Source of the DNA: Vicugna vicugna
Taxonomy: Eukaryota
Length of the DNA: 64,000 bases
Direction of reading: 5' to 3'
NCBI GenBank assembly: GCA_013265495.1
Contig: MU058824.1
Coordinates: 1,763,111-1,827,110, forward strand
Part shown: piece after piece, positions 52,920 through 64,000 of the stretch
How the letters are laid out: each line of letters opens with the position of its first letter
Position numbering within the stretch: the stretch's first letter is position 1
The notes under the pieces: generated by a model
Told to the model about the DNA's origin: nothing
Seen by the model: the letters and a program-made list of their open reading frames with translations, nothing else
Databases searched by the model: none
Made by a program: the position numbers and the translations under genes

Positions 52920-54390
52920 TGCTGTCCAAAACTGAGGGTGCCTTTGGAGAGGTGACAGGAAGGGCAGTGATGACACAGGCGGAGCCTGAGTCATTAGGGA
53001 ACTTTTGTGTTGAGCAGAGGAATTTAAACTTCAGAATGAAAGACATTTAATCGGGGGAATGACATGATCAGATTTGCCCTGGCCGCAGGGTGAGAACAGA
53101 TGGAGAGGCAAGGCTGGAGTCCCAGCAATGGCTCAGAGATGGTTTTTGCAGTAATCCAGGCAGGAGCTGATGACGACCTAAAGCAGGGCAGTTGCAGTTG
53201 GGAACAGAGAGAAGTGGGTGGATTTGAGAGCTATTAAGGAAGCAGACATGACAATGCTTGGTGATTGGTTGACTCGAAGGGGTAAGGACAGGGAGGCAGC
53301 TGGGGCACTGCCTGGATTTCTGACTAGGTAGTGGATGGCATACCTCACCACTGAGGTCAGGTGCAGAATGAGGATTTGGAAGGGAATGTGAAAGGTTCAT
53401 TTCTGGGTAGAGGACCTCAGAAGATTGGATGTAGTGTCCTAGAGCACAAGAGAGCAGTTTGTCCAGTAGATAAATTTGGGGGGGGGGCAGTTTACACATT
53501 CACAATGGGAGCTGTGGGGATGCATGTGGTCGGCGTGAGAGTGGTACAGTCAGAGTGAAGACATCCTGACTGGAGCCCAAGGAATCACTAAGTGGTGATG
53601 GGAACAGGAGGAGAAGCCAGGCAAAGGGACTTTGACATGGAGGTCTGTAAAGAAGGGGGTAGCCAGGAGAGAGAGCCACCCATGGATGGGTGCAAGGAAG
53701 AGGAAAGCTGTCCATGCATAGGGAGAACTTGAAGAAGGAAGGAGAGGTCTCCCAGACCAAAGTAAGGACTGACAGGTCCTCCTCCATGACTTGACTCTGT
53801 CCTCAGTACTCCAGCATTGCATTGCAACCGTTCCTTCCTCTGCTTTACCAAGTCTGATGGGAAGATTGGCTATTTCTGCATTTCACATATAGCAGGTGTG
53901 GATAAATCTGCCAAGTATGTTAAAAAGGTTTTTAAAATACGATTTTTATTCTTAGAAAAAAAAGAGGGGAAAACTCTCCTTTTTTTGAATACCTACTCTA
54001 CCAGTGGCGATGGTGAGTAGGTGTTGGACATACGGACATGGGGTTCAGGGAGGGGTATGGGCTGGAGATGGGAACTTGGATGCGGTCAACATATAGATGA
54101 CACTGAGAGCCTTAGATGAGAGCACGGGTTGGGGAGTGGGGTACCTAACAATGGAGAAGAGAAGGGGACCAAGGACAGACCCCCAGTTGCACCAGTGTTT
54201 GGAGACAAGGGAGGTAGGTGGGAAACTGCAAAGGAGACCTACAAGGAGAAGCGACGAATAGGAAGAAAATAGATGAGTCTGGTGTCTAGGAAACCAAATG
54301 AAGAAAGTGTTCCAAGGAGGAAGTTTTGATGAAGTGTGTCAAGTGCTGCTTTTAGATCAAGTAAGATGAAAACCAAGAATTGACACTGTG
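52920..54390 (-). mobile_element. L2 LINE fragments (interrupted)
   Basis: gacatgatcagatttg, ttgcagtaatccaggcagg, gagagaagtgggtggatttgag, ggtgtctaggaaaccaaatgaagaaagtgtt...gatcaagtaagatga are typical L2 motifs. Confidence 0.7.
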
Positions 54391-54784
54391 TATGTGTGTG
54401 CATACACACACACCTATATGGGATTTTTTTTCTTTTAAGGAAAATAATTTGAGATAATTTCCTCTAGAGTGAAAGCAGTGCATAATGATGGTATGAAGAC
54501 AGCCTGGGTGGAAGGGTTGTTTGCTTTTGTCCCAAGCCTTCCTTTTCTGCTAGCCCACCTCTTGACCATTCTGAAATGGTTCTGAAATGGAGAGAAGATG
54601 GTGGACAGCACCAAAGGCCACCAGATGTTGAACACCCAGGAGAGCCACGGGCAGCCACCAAGGCAGCATCCTGAGGCCACCCCCTATCTGCTTCCCAGGC
54701 AGGTGGCAACAGAGGTGGAATCATGTACAGTTGGTCACCCATAGGAGCCACATGTGTGACATTCACTTACAGAAATGGCAGCAG

Positions 54785-54892
54785 AAGGAGGAAGAGTATA
54801 GCTCAGTGGCAGTGGAAGAGTACATGCCTAGCATGCACAAGGTCCTGGGTTCAATCCCCAGTGCCTCCATTAAAAAAAAAAAAATGAACGAA
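54785..54892 (+). mobile_element. tRNA-Ala-derived SINE (Vic-1-like), short form
   Basis: gtatagctcagtggcagtggaagagtacatgcctagcatgcacaaggtcctgggttcaatccccagtgcctccatt+polyA; internal cagtgg duplication; degenerate TSD agaaatggcagcag (54771-54784) / agaattggcaccag (54893-54906). Confidence 0.85.
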
Positions 54893-57639
54893 AGAATTGG
54901 CACCAGGCTGTCTCCACCAGCTCTATGTCAAGAATTGCTTGCACTCTGGGTTCTGTGGCCTTCTGGCCATTCAGGCAGTAACCATGTAAAGGGCAGTTTG
55001 GGACAGAGGAGTATTTCAAACTTCCCTCCATATTCCATGCTTTGACCATGCTTCTTTGTGGAAGCAAATGGGGGACTTGGAAGTCATAGACTGCACTTGG
55101 CTCTGAAACTGGTGTCTTATTCCAGTTATGTTTCTATGGAAACAGATATTGGAAGAAGCAAATACATAGAGTTTTAAATAATTTTAACTCTTATCTTCTG
55201 CCTCCCTCTACAGTTGCTCTGGAAAAGAATTCCAATCCCAAAGCAGACACTTTCAGAAACATCTGGTATCTTCATAAAGCTTGTCCAGGCTCCATCTCAC
55301 ACTATTCATTTTGAAATAAAGAGGTATCAGAATGGCCAGGGTGAGGGGCGTGCTAAGGGTCATGGTCCACTCTGCTCTGTGAGCTGCACATGGACAGCCT
55401 GGTGGTCCAAGGCTTTGATGCCCAGGGTCATATTCCAAGTGGTGAGTCATCACTGCCATCCCTGGACAGTAGGACGGGTCTTTGTCATCCATAGTCATCT
55501 GTGGGGTTCTGGATGGTCCTGCTCAGGCTCCACCTGGTTGCAGACCAAGTCCCAGGCAGGGCAGTAGGACTCAGCAAGGACCTCGGGTGGACCCATTAGC
55601 TGAGGCCACCCCAGTTAGCCTGCCTACCACCTCCTGGGAGAGGGCTGAACCATCTGAAGTTCTGACTATGTCATTCTCCTGTTCAATCCTCCCTGTTGGC
55701 TAGAGATGAAGCCCTCACTCTGAGCGGTTCGGGAGGTTCTCAATGATCTGGCAGTCTGGCCCCACTCACTTCCCCTGCCTCCTCTCTCAGCCCCTCCCTC
55801 ACTCCTTGAGCTCAGCTCCCCTTACTAATGGCATTTCATTAAAATGTCACACTCTGTCTCCTTCCACACCACACGTACCTGCTGTTCTCTTCTGCCCAGA
55901 ACACCCTCCCTCCCATCACAATACACCATCTTCATGTAAAAAATTCCTACTTGACCTTCAAGAGGCAGCTCAGAAGCATCTTCTCCAGAAGCATCTGGAA
56001 CAGCAGGCTGCTTTGAATGCCTCTGTCTAGGCCCCCACCTCACCTTGTCTGCCCCTCATCTGATCACAACACTGGTAATTATCTGCCTGTGCACCTGGCC
56101 CCTCCTAGTCTGTGACCTCCTGAGAGGCCAGGGCCATCTGTATGTCCCCAGCACCCACTGGCAGAGCCTGGCTCTCAGTAAGTGCTCAGTAAATATTTAT
56201 TGAATAAATTGTTCCCTCCACCTGGAACTCTCTCGCCAAGCCTCCATATGTCCGAATTCAACCCATCTGTCTGGGCCCATTAAGCCGGCTTCTCCAAGAA
56301 ATGTCTTTGCTGAGTTGCAATTTAATTTAATATTACACCCTCACCTTTTATCAAGGGCCCACTTACAGGGCTAAAGCTGCCAATTGAAGGATGATTCAGC
56401 ATCTTCTATAAAAGACTGTTGTTCAGTTTGTGACTTCGTCCCTGGAGACAGCGATCCACTGGATAGATCCTCACGGAATTTAGCGCCAGGAAATGGGCTG
56501 TGCTCCCCTCGCGAACCGGTATCTACTTCCTTCCTTCCATCAGGCAGTCGTAACTGGATAAGCCACTCTGTTTTCTTTTTAACCTTGGCTGCCAGAAAGT
56601 TGGAGCCAAATTCAACACTCAGCCGCAATAACCATCTTTTCTCGGGTTCCTGGAGGATTATCTCGCCTTCTGATCGTTCGTCTTTATTTTTAACTGTCCT
56701 GTTGTGTTTGGGCTTTTATTGTGCGCTGCCTCAGGCCCTTTGGGAGAGGAGGCAAGGTGTAAGTTCCAGATTAAGTTATTAAAATAAGAACGCTAGGCGA
56801 GATTTAATTGAAATGATGTGCCAGAGAGACATTTTCAGGATGTCCTCAAACATTCTCCTCTGGCTGGGGTCCCAGATTGGCCTCGGCTGCAGTCAGCATG
56901 GTGGGCCCCATGTGTGGACAGAATGCTCTGCCGGCCACAGCCAAGCTTCTGGAACATTTCATCTGAAGGCATCTCAGATCTAGGGGAGACCGCAGTTTGT
57001 TTCAGTTTCCTTATTGGCTTCCCTTGTGCCTTTGGGAGGTCCTAAGGCTCCAGAGGCCCCTCAGGACACCAAGCAAAAGACACAGAGACACCGCAGCAGG
57101 GGACAGCCCTGAGGCAGGGAATTCTCTGGTCTCTACCCGTCCAGTGCTCCGCAGAGGGTGGCCTGTCTACTGGCCATCCTCAAGTGCCACAGGGCAGAAC
57201 AGCTGGAAAATTATCTGCGATACTGGCCTCTTTCGAACACTGTGTGTCTTGGTAAAGCCAGTCCGGTTCTTGAGCAAAGACTGCCTTTAAATTTTGATGG
57301 TTTTCCCCGCACAGGGCACTCATGGAGATGTCCCCTCTTCCTTGCGGGAGAATTCCAGCCAGCCTGCCTCTTCGTAAATGGTGTGTCATCTGGGCGCTCC
57401 TGCATCTTTCTGGGGAGCCCACTGTGTGTGTGCTCAGACTCCCCTGAGGACTGCTCAGTCTGAGGGGCAAGACTGGACACACACAGAGTGGGCTGTCACC
57501 TTCTCCATGACATATGCCTCCAGACTCTTGGTTTTATGTCTGGCTTACTGTACAGAGATACTAGGCTTACTTTTCTAAAATATGAGCTAGGATGGGGTTT
57601 GAAGTCATGTCCCTCAGAGGGTGAAGAGTGAGAAAGAAC

Positions 57640-57990
57640 AGGGTGTGCTAGGTTTGCTGTGGTAACAACAGCAAAACTCAGTGGATTAAAACCTCAGAGA
57701 CTTCGCTCGTCATAGCACTTGTTCACAGAAGAACAGCTAAAGCCTGCCGCCACCACAGCATCGTCACTCCAGGACACAGCTGGTGGGCACCTCCAGAGAC
57801 AGTTTTTGTGGCACAGAGCATGGCAGGTGTGCACTAACTTTTAAAGCTTCCACTCACTTTCACTCATGTTTCATTGGCCCCAACAGGTCAACTCTCCATG
57901 CCTGAGTTCAGTGGGTCAGGGAAAAGCCATCCTACCATGAACCTAGGAGAGAAAGAGCCGGGGTTGGAGGTTTAGCCATAATGACTATGG
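57640..57990 (-). mobile_element. MLT1-family MaLR LTR (old)
   Basis: gctaggtttgctgtggtaacaac...ctcagtggattaaa...ctcatgtttcattggcc. Confidence 0.6.
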
Positions 57991-58411
57991 GAGGGCCTTC
58001 CATCTATCTTCCTGCCACTGTCACAGATACCACCCCCCGACTAGAATGTGAGCTCCATGAGAACAAGGGAGGAGGCAGAACTGTGTTTTATTCACTGCTG
58101 CATCCCCAGTCCCTCAATAAATAAGACCAGGTAAATGACTGAAGGAAGCCAGCCTTCAATCCATTGCTTCTGTCCATCTCCACTGCTCCTACCGAGGTCC
58201 GGGGCACCGTCATCTCTCATCTGGCATCACAGAGAGGGCACTATGAGCAGAGCTACTGTGGACGCACCGTGGACAAGAGGGATGACGCTGCCTTTCCTGT
58301 GGAGGCCACTGAGCTGTGGTTTATTGTTGTTGTTACCACAACTTTCTAAGCAAGCTCCCTCCTCCCACTCATAGCCCCCTTCAAGCCATTCTCCATGGCA
58401 GTTGGAAGTGT

Positions 58412-58953
58412 CCTTTTGTTTTTTTAGATATAATTTACATACCATAAAATTCACAGTTTTAAAATGTACAGTACAGTGGTTTTTAGTACATTCCTAAGAT
58501 CATACAGTCATCCTCACTAGTTCCAGAAAATTCTCATCACTCCAAACAGAAACCCTGTTCCTTTTACCCATCACCCCTGTTTCCCCTTCCCTCCAGCCCC
58601 TGGCAACCACAAATCTACTTTATGGCTCTGTGGATTTGCCTACTCTGGATATTTCGTATCAACAGAATCATGCAATACATTGATTTTTGTGTCTGGCTCC
58701 TTTGACGTAGCATAATGTTTTTAAGGTTCCTCCATGTTGTAGCCTGTGTCAGCATTTCCTGCCTTTTTATGGCTAAGTAATATTCCCTTATGTGGATATA
58801 CCACATTTTATTTGTCCATTCATCAGTTGATGGATATTTGGGTTGTTTCTACTTTTTGACTATTATAAGTAATGCTGCTATGAGCATTTATTTACAAGTT
58901 TTTATGTGAACATATGTTTTCAGTTGTCTTGGGTGTGTGTATGTATATGTGTG

Positions 58954-58984
<31 letters not shown>

Positions 58985-58987
58985 ATG

Positions 58988-59027
<40 letters not shown>

Positions 59028-59385
59028 ATTGCTGTGTTATGTGGTAATTCTGTTTAACATTTTTAGGAACTGCTAGACAGTGCCATGTGTCTAAAATTTT
59101 ACATTCCCACCAGCAATGTACAAGGGTTCCAATCTCTCCACATTGTTGCCAACACTTGTCATTTATCTTCCTTTTTGATTACAGCCATCCTATTGGATGT
59201 GAAGTGGAATCTCATTGTGGTTTTGATGAGAATGACAGTCAAATGACCAATGATGTTAACATCTTTTTATGTGCTTATTGACCATTTGTATATCTTCTTT
59301 GGAGAAATGTCTATTTAAGTCCTTTGCCCATTTTTAGTTGAATTATTTATCCTTTTGTTGTTGAGTTATAAGAGTTCTTTACATA
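58412..59385 (-). mobile_element. L1MB-like 3' end fragment
   Basis: agatataatttacataccataaaattcac...ccagcccctggcaaccacaaatctactt; ORF 58615..58806(-) MWYIHIREYYLAIKR is the L1 ORF2p C-terminus. Confidence 0.85.
58933..59027 (+). repeat. Compound microsatellite (TG)n(TA)n(GA)n inside the L1
   Basis: gtgtgtgtgtgtgtgtgtgtgtgtatgtatatatatatatatatagagagagagagagagagagaga. Confidence 0.97.
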
Positions 59386-61262
59386 AAGGTAGGCCAAATG
59401 TGTGATTCTAGATCCTGGCCACATCACCCCAGAAGAGATCTTTTTAAAAATACTTGTACTTGGGTCACATTGCCCAGAAATTCTGATTTAATTGGTTTAG
59501 AAAGAGGCCCGAACACTGGAGTTTTTTAGAAATTGCTATGGGTTCTGGTGTGCAGCCAGGGTTGAAACTTTCTGAGCTCACCCCTCACCAGTGTCTAGGA
59601 AGGCCCCAGGACTGCACTTTGGTTACCAGAGTTAGAAACAGACTCAGGAGAATATGTTTAAGGCTAAAAGATGAGAGAAGAAAAGCCTAAATCCAAGAGA
59701 TCTGAAGTTCAGTTGGTCCCCTACCAACCCCTACCCTAACCCGAGCTGGAAGACATGATGGTGACAAAGGAAATACAGACTCAGGGAGAGGGCTACACGG
59801 GAAGGTTGGCATGTGCAGACCCCACAGAGCTGAATGAGTCCCTCCAGTCTCACGTTTTGCTGAAAACCCTCGTCAGCATTTGAACAACTGTTTTCCCCAG
59901 TGGAAGACAGAAAGTAAGAAATAGGAAACAAGGAAAAGCTATGGGATTTCGATTTCTGTTGCATTTTTCATTGGAGCTGAGAGGCAGAGGGTGAGCAAGT
60001 TGCAGACCAGAACTTTAGGTGGGTTAAAACAACACCTGCCCTGCCATTGCAGGGAGCCACTGACCACAGAAACCAATGAGGGCAAGGGAACCACAGTGTC
60101 CGGGCACCTCGCCACCCACAGTGGCTCCGAAATAGAACTGCCGGCCACTTGGTGGGATGCTCGTTATTTTCTGCCACTGTTTGGCTTGAAGTGTCTCCCT
60201 AAGGTGACAGTGGGTTAAACTTCAAATACTGAGTCATTTTGATCCTGACATAGGATGGAGCACTTAACATGACCCAGAGATGCTCAGTTCAGTTCAGAAG
60301 ACCCTGACACAACCTGTGGGCCCCTCCTAAGGGCTCAGGGGACAGCAGCATCGTCATCCCAGTTCTTAGTGCCCAGCCCACCCACTCCCCTACCCTTCCC
60401 TGGACCGGAGCTCTAAGCCCAGGTCTATCCCACTGGAGAACAGGCACTCAACAATTGGCAAATACACACTGTAATAATGGGTGCCTGCATTTCTACTGCA
60501 TGCACAGTTTACCAAGCACCTTGACATCACTGTGTTTTAGAGATGAGGAAACTGAGACTGGAGAGGTGAACTGATTGCCTGCAACTGGAAACACCCAGCC
60601 CAGGCCATGTGCTGCTAGATGACTCGGGATCGATTCTGCTTGGATCGGTCTGTTGGTCTATTCATACTTCCTGCATCTTTTCACATCAGTCCTGTGTTTT
60701 ACTTAGTTTTGTTTTAAAGAAATTTCCTTCATCGATGCTTTCAAGATTATTAGCATCCACTGTGCATAATGCTCTCTTATAGATGTTCAGATCTCTCTCA
60801 CATCTGTGATTCTCTGGTTGATGTTTCATAAGAGCGAAGCACTTGTGAGCAGATGTTCAAACCGAGCAAATTCAGATCTGAGAGCACTGCCTCCCAGTCC
60901 AGCCTCGTCCTCAGTAGCAGGTCTGTGCAGCCTTCATCCAGGACTCCAAAGAAGCTGCTTGGTCTTGGTTTAACAGCAAAAATAGTAACAGCGGCAGCTT
61001 TTGCTGAGTACATACTGTGTGCTAGGACATCGTTCCAGGTGCTTTCCTTTATTGACTCTCTTAATCCTCACAACCACCCATACCACCCATGCAGTAGTTA
61101 CCATTGTTATCCCTAGTCTACAGGTGAGGAAGCTGAGGCACAGAGGGGTTAAGCAGCATGATCACAGTCACACAGCATTTAGCCCGTTGTGGTCAGGGAA
61201 TTGGACTGTGGAGTCAGGCTTCTGATCCCAGCTCGGCCGCTTACTGTATGCAGTTAGGTATG

Positions 61263-61717
61263 TGTCGTGGGTTGAACTGTGACCCCCAAAAAGATATGTC
61301 AACGTCCTTCCCCTAGAACCTGTGAGTGCAACCTTATTTAGAAAAAGGGTCTTTGCAAGGGTGATTAAATTAAAAATATTAAAATGAAATCTCCTGGATT
61401 ACCCAGATTGGCCCTAAATTCAATGACAAGTGTCATTAAAAGAAGCAGAAGAGGAGAGGACATAGACCCAGAGGAGAAGGTCAGATGACAGTGGAAGCAG
61501 GGACCAGAGTGATGAAGCCACAAGCCAGGGAGCGCCCGGAGCCCCCAGAAGCAGCAGAGGCACAGGAGTTCCCCTGGAGCCCCTAGAGGGAGCGCAGCTT
61601 TGCCAGCGCCTTGATTTCCAGGTTCTGGCTTCCAGAACTGTCTAAGGATAAATTTCTATTAGTTTTAAACCACCCAGTTTATGGATATTAGTTTAGCAAC
61701 CCTTGGAAACTAATACA
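61263..61717 (+). mobile_element. MLT1C-like MaLR solo LTR inserted into a MIR
   Basis: TG...CA termini: tgtcgtgggttgaactgtgacccccaaaaagatatgtc ... ccagaactgtctaaggataaatttc ... ggaaactaataca; MIR sequence resumes after it (agtgacttaac...cagtttcttcatc). Confidence 0.88.
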
Positions 61718-63674
61718 ATAAGTGACTTAACTTGTGAGAGCCGCAGTTTCTTCATCCACAATATGGGTCTAGATACTAATAACGCCCACCTCAGAGAGCT
61801 TCGGGGAGGATTAGAAGGGACAGCGTGCCTATGAAGGACTCACCCCGCATGTGGAGGGCGCCCAGTGGAGGTTAGCTATTACTTGGAGCATTATTACCTG
61901 GTCCTTGACGGCCCTGCCCCTGGGCCCTCTCAGAGTTGATCCCTCATCTTGCCATTTTCCTGTGTCTGACTCCTTGTCATGGGCCCCCTGAGCCCAGCCC
62001 AGTGTGCTCCTGGCTTCGGAATCTCAGAGGAATCAAATCTGACTCCTAGATGCAGGCTGCCGAGCCCGTTCCTCCAAGCCATTATCGCCAGAGCTGCCAG
62101 AGCGAGACTATGAACATCCACACATGGCGTTTTAATATTTCACCCAAGAAGTCATTTTCTTACATGAGTCAGACACAGAAGGCTCAGAGAATTAAGTTGA
62201 GAAAGGTAACTCTGGGCCGGAGTGACTTCTGCCAACGGGTGTGGAGGATTTTTCCTGCGTCTGCTCAGCTTTTCTTTCTTATCTGTGTCTTACAGCAGAC
62301 GGGAAGCAGGCTGACAAGAGATTGCATGTTCATACCAATTATTAAATATATATGGCAGCCTTCTGGAAGTGCATTCACATGCCAAGGAAATGGAATGTAT
62401 TCACCAACCCAGGCTCCAGCACTGGGCTTTGGAGGAATAATGAAGTAGCCGTAAACACTATGATCCAAGGTTTTAATCTATATTCTGCCACCTCCTAGCT
62501 GTGTGACTTTGGGTGAGTGATTCACCCTCTCTGAGCCTAAGTGCTCATAAGGAAAATCCATTTCTCCCTTACAGATTTACCATGTACACTGACTGGGGTC
62601 ACATGTTCGAGTGCCTAGCACTAAGTCTGACACACAGGAGTCCCATCATTGTGACTTCTGTTCCCACTCTCTGACTCAGACCTTCCTGACTCCACAGGGA
62701 AATTAACATAACTACCCTGCCCACCTCCCAGGGAGGTCTTAAGGAGCAATGTTGCTGCCAGTGGAGTGGATTTACACCTTCCAATGCATTTCCGCTGACT
62801 CCACTCACTTAAGCCTCACGATCACCTTGAGCAGAGAGAGTTCTCTTCCCATTTTGCAGGTGAGCACCTGGAGATGCATGGAGTCAAGTGATGGACTCTG
62901 GACCACAAGGGGGGCTCAGAGGCTCTAAGCCAGGCCACAGCTCCCCAAAGCCATGCTCCTTTCACGCCCCATGCTGACTCTCAAATGAGATAATGGATGG
63001 GAAATTGCTTCCTAAGGAGCAGAGCTCTACCCCAGCTTGAGGCCTGTTACTGTTATTATCTCAAGCACCTGCCTGTGGTCAGGCATCCTAACTGCCTTTT
63101 TGTCCAAGTCTGTTGTCCTCACTTCCCCCTTCTAGGATAAGCCAGTTGGATCAGTCTCATTCAGCTTGCTCCAAGGCAGTCTCTGAACTCAAGCATGTGT
63201 TGTTGAACTGCATCCCCGCATGCACACCCTCAACCCCTCTCCTCGTGCCTTCTCGCACATCCACATCCTCTGCTCCACCCACTCGCTCTCACTCCCTCAT
63301 CCAGGAGGCTCTCAGCACAGCCTAGCTCTGTTGTGAAGAAACCCTTGCGAAGCTGAGCTGTACCATGAGGTCACTAGAGACATGTGCTGTTCACTCATTC
63401 ACCAGACCCACATTTGCTGGGCATTCACTTTGTGCCCAGTGATGGATAAGGCACAAGCCCTGCTCTTAGGACTCTCCTAGTCCGGGGGGACAGATGGGTA
63501 AATTGACCTGTCAGTGCAGTGGTTAAGTGCTGGGAAAGCTTAGCCCCCAGCCCTAGGGGATCACAGAGGAGGTGGCTAGTCATTCTACCCTGAGAAATGT
63601 TTCATTAAAAAGTGGGGAGATGTGCTTTTCCCCAAAGTCTTGAAAGGACAAGTAAGGCTTACAGAGCTAAAGAA

Positions 63675-64000
63675 AACTCGAGCTATACAAAACAGTCTGG
63701 CAGTTCCTCAAAAAATTAAACAGAGTTACCCCATGACCCAGCAGTTCCACTCCTAGGTATCCATTCATTCAAGAGAAGTGAAAGTGTGTATATAAATACT
63801 TATAGCAGCATTATTCACAATAGCCAAAAAAGTGGGAACAACCCAAATGTCCATCAGTTGATGAATGGATAAACATAATGTGATATGTCCAGACGATTGA
63901 ACATCATTCAGACATAAAGAGAAATGCAGTTCTAATGCACACTACAATGTGGATGAACCTTGAAAACGTTATGTTCAGTGAAAGAAACCAGACACTAAAA
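63675..64000 (+). mobile_element. L1M fragment (ORF2 end / 3' UTR), runs off the window
   Basis: ctggcagttcctcaaaaaattaaacagagttaccccatgacccagcagttccactcctaggtat...aacccaaatgtccatcagttgatgaatggataaac. Confidence 0.88.

Overview
Mammalian genomic DNA, most likely from a camelid (three tRNA-Ala-derived SINEs resembling Vic-1; no Alu, B1/B2 or Bov-tA recognised). The window lies inside GABBR2 (GABA-B receptor subunit 2) on the + strand. It has six internal coding exons with GT-AG boundaries: 4480-4540, 16935-17015, 21336-21486, 24277-24409, 38464-38571 and 46386-46508 (61/81/151/133/108/123 nt, matching human exons 8-13 as I recall them). They splice into one uninterrupted frame covering the end of the Venus-flytrap domain, the stalk and TM1-TM4. 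The rest is intron with interspersed repeats (L1, L2, L3/CR1, MIR, ERVL/MaLR solo LTRs, MER DNA transposons, SINEs, microsatellites). I found no evidence of a novel gene system. The most unusual structures are (i) a tail-less internal L1 ORF2 fragment flanked by an exact 18-bp target-site duplication, nested in an older antisense L1; (ii) a perfect 28-bp inverted repeat about 570 bp apart, within diverged arms and centred on TCAAGGTCA; (iii) a frame-preserving 228-nt pseudo-exon with good splice signals in the last intron. Repeat subfamily names are recalled from consensus sequences and boundaries are approximate unless a TSD is given.
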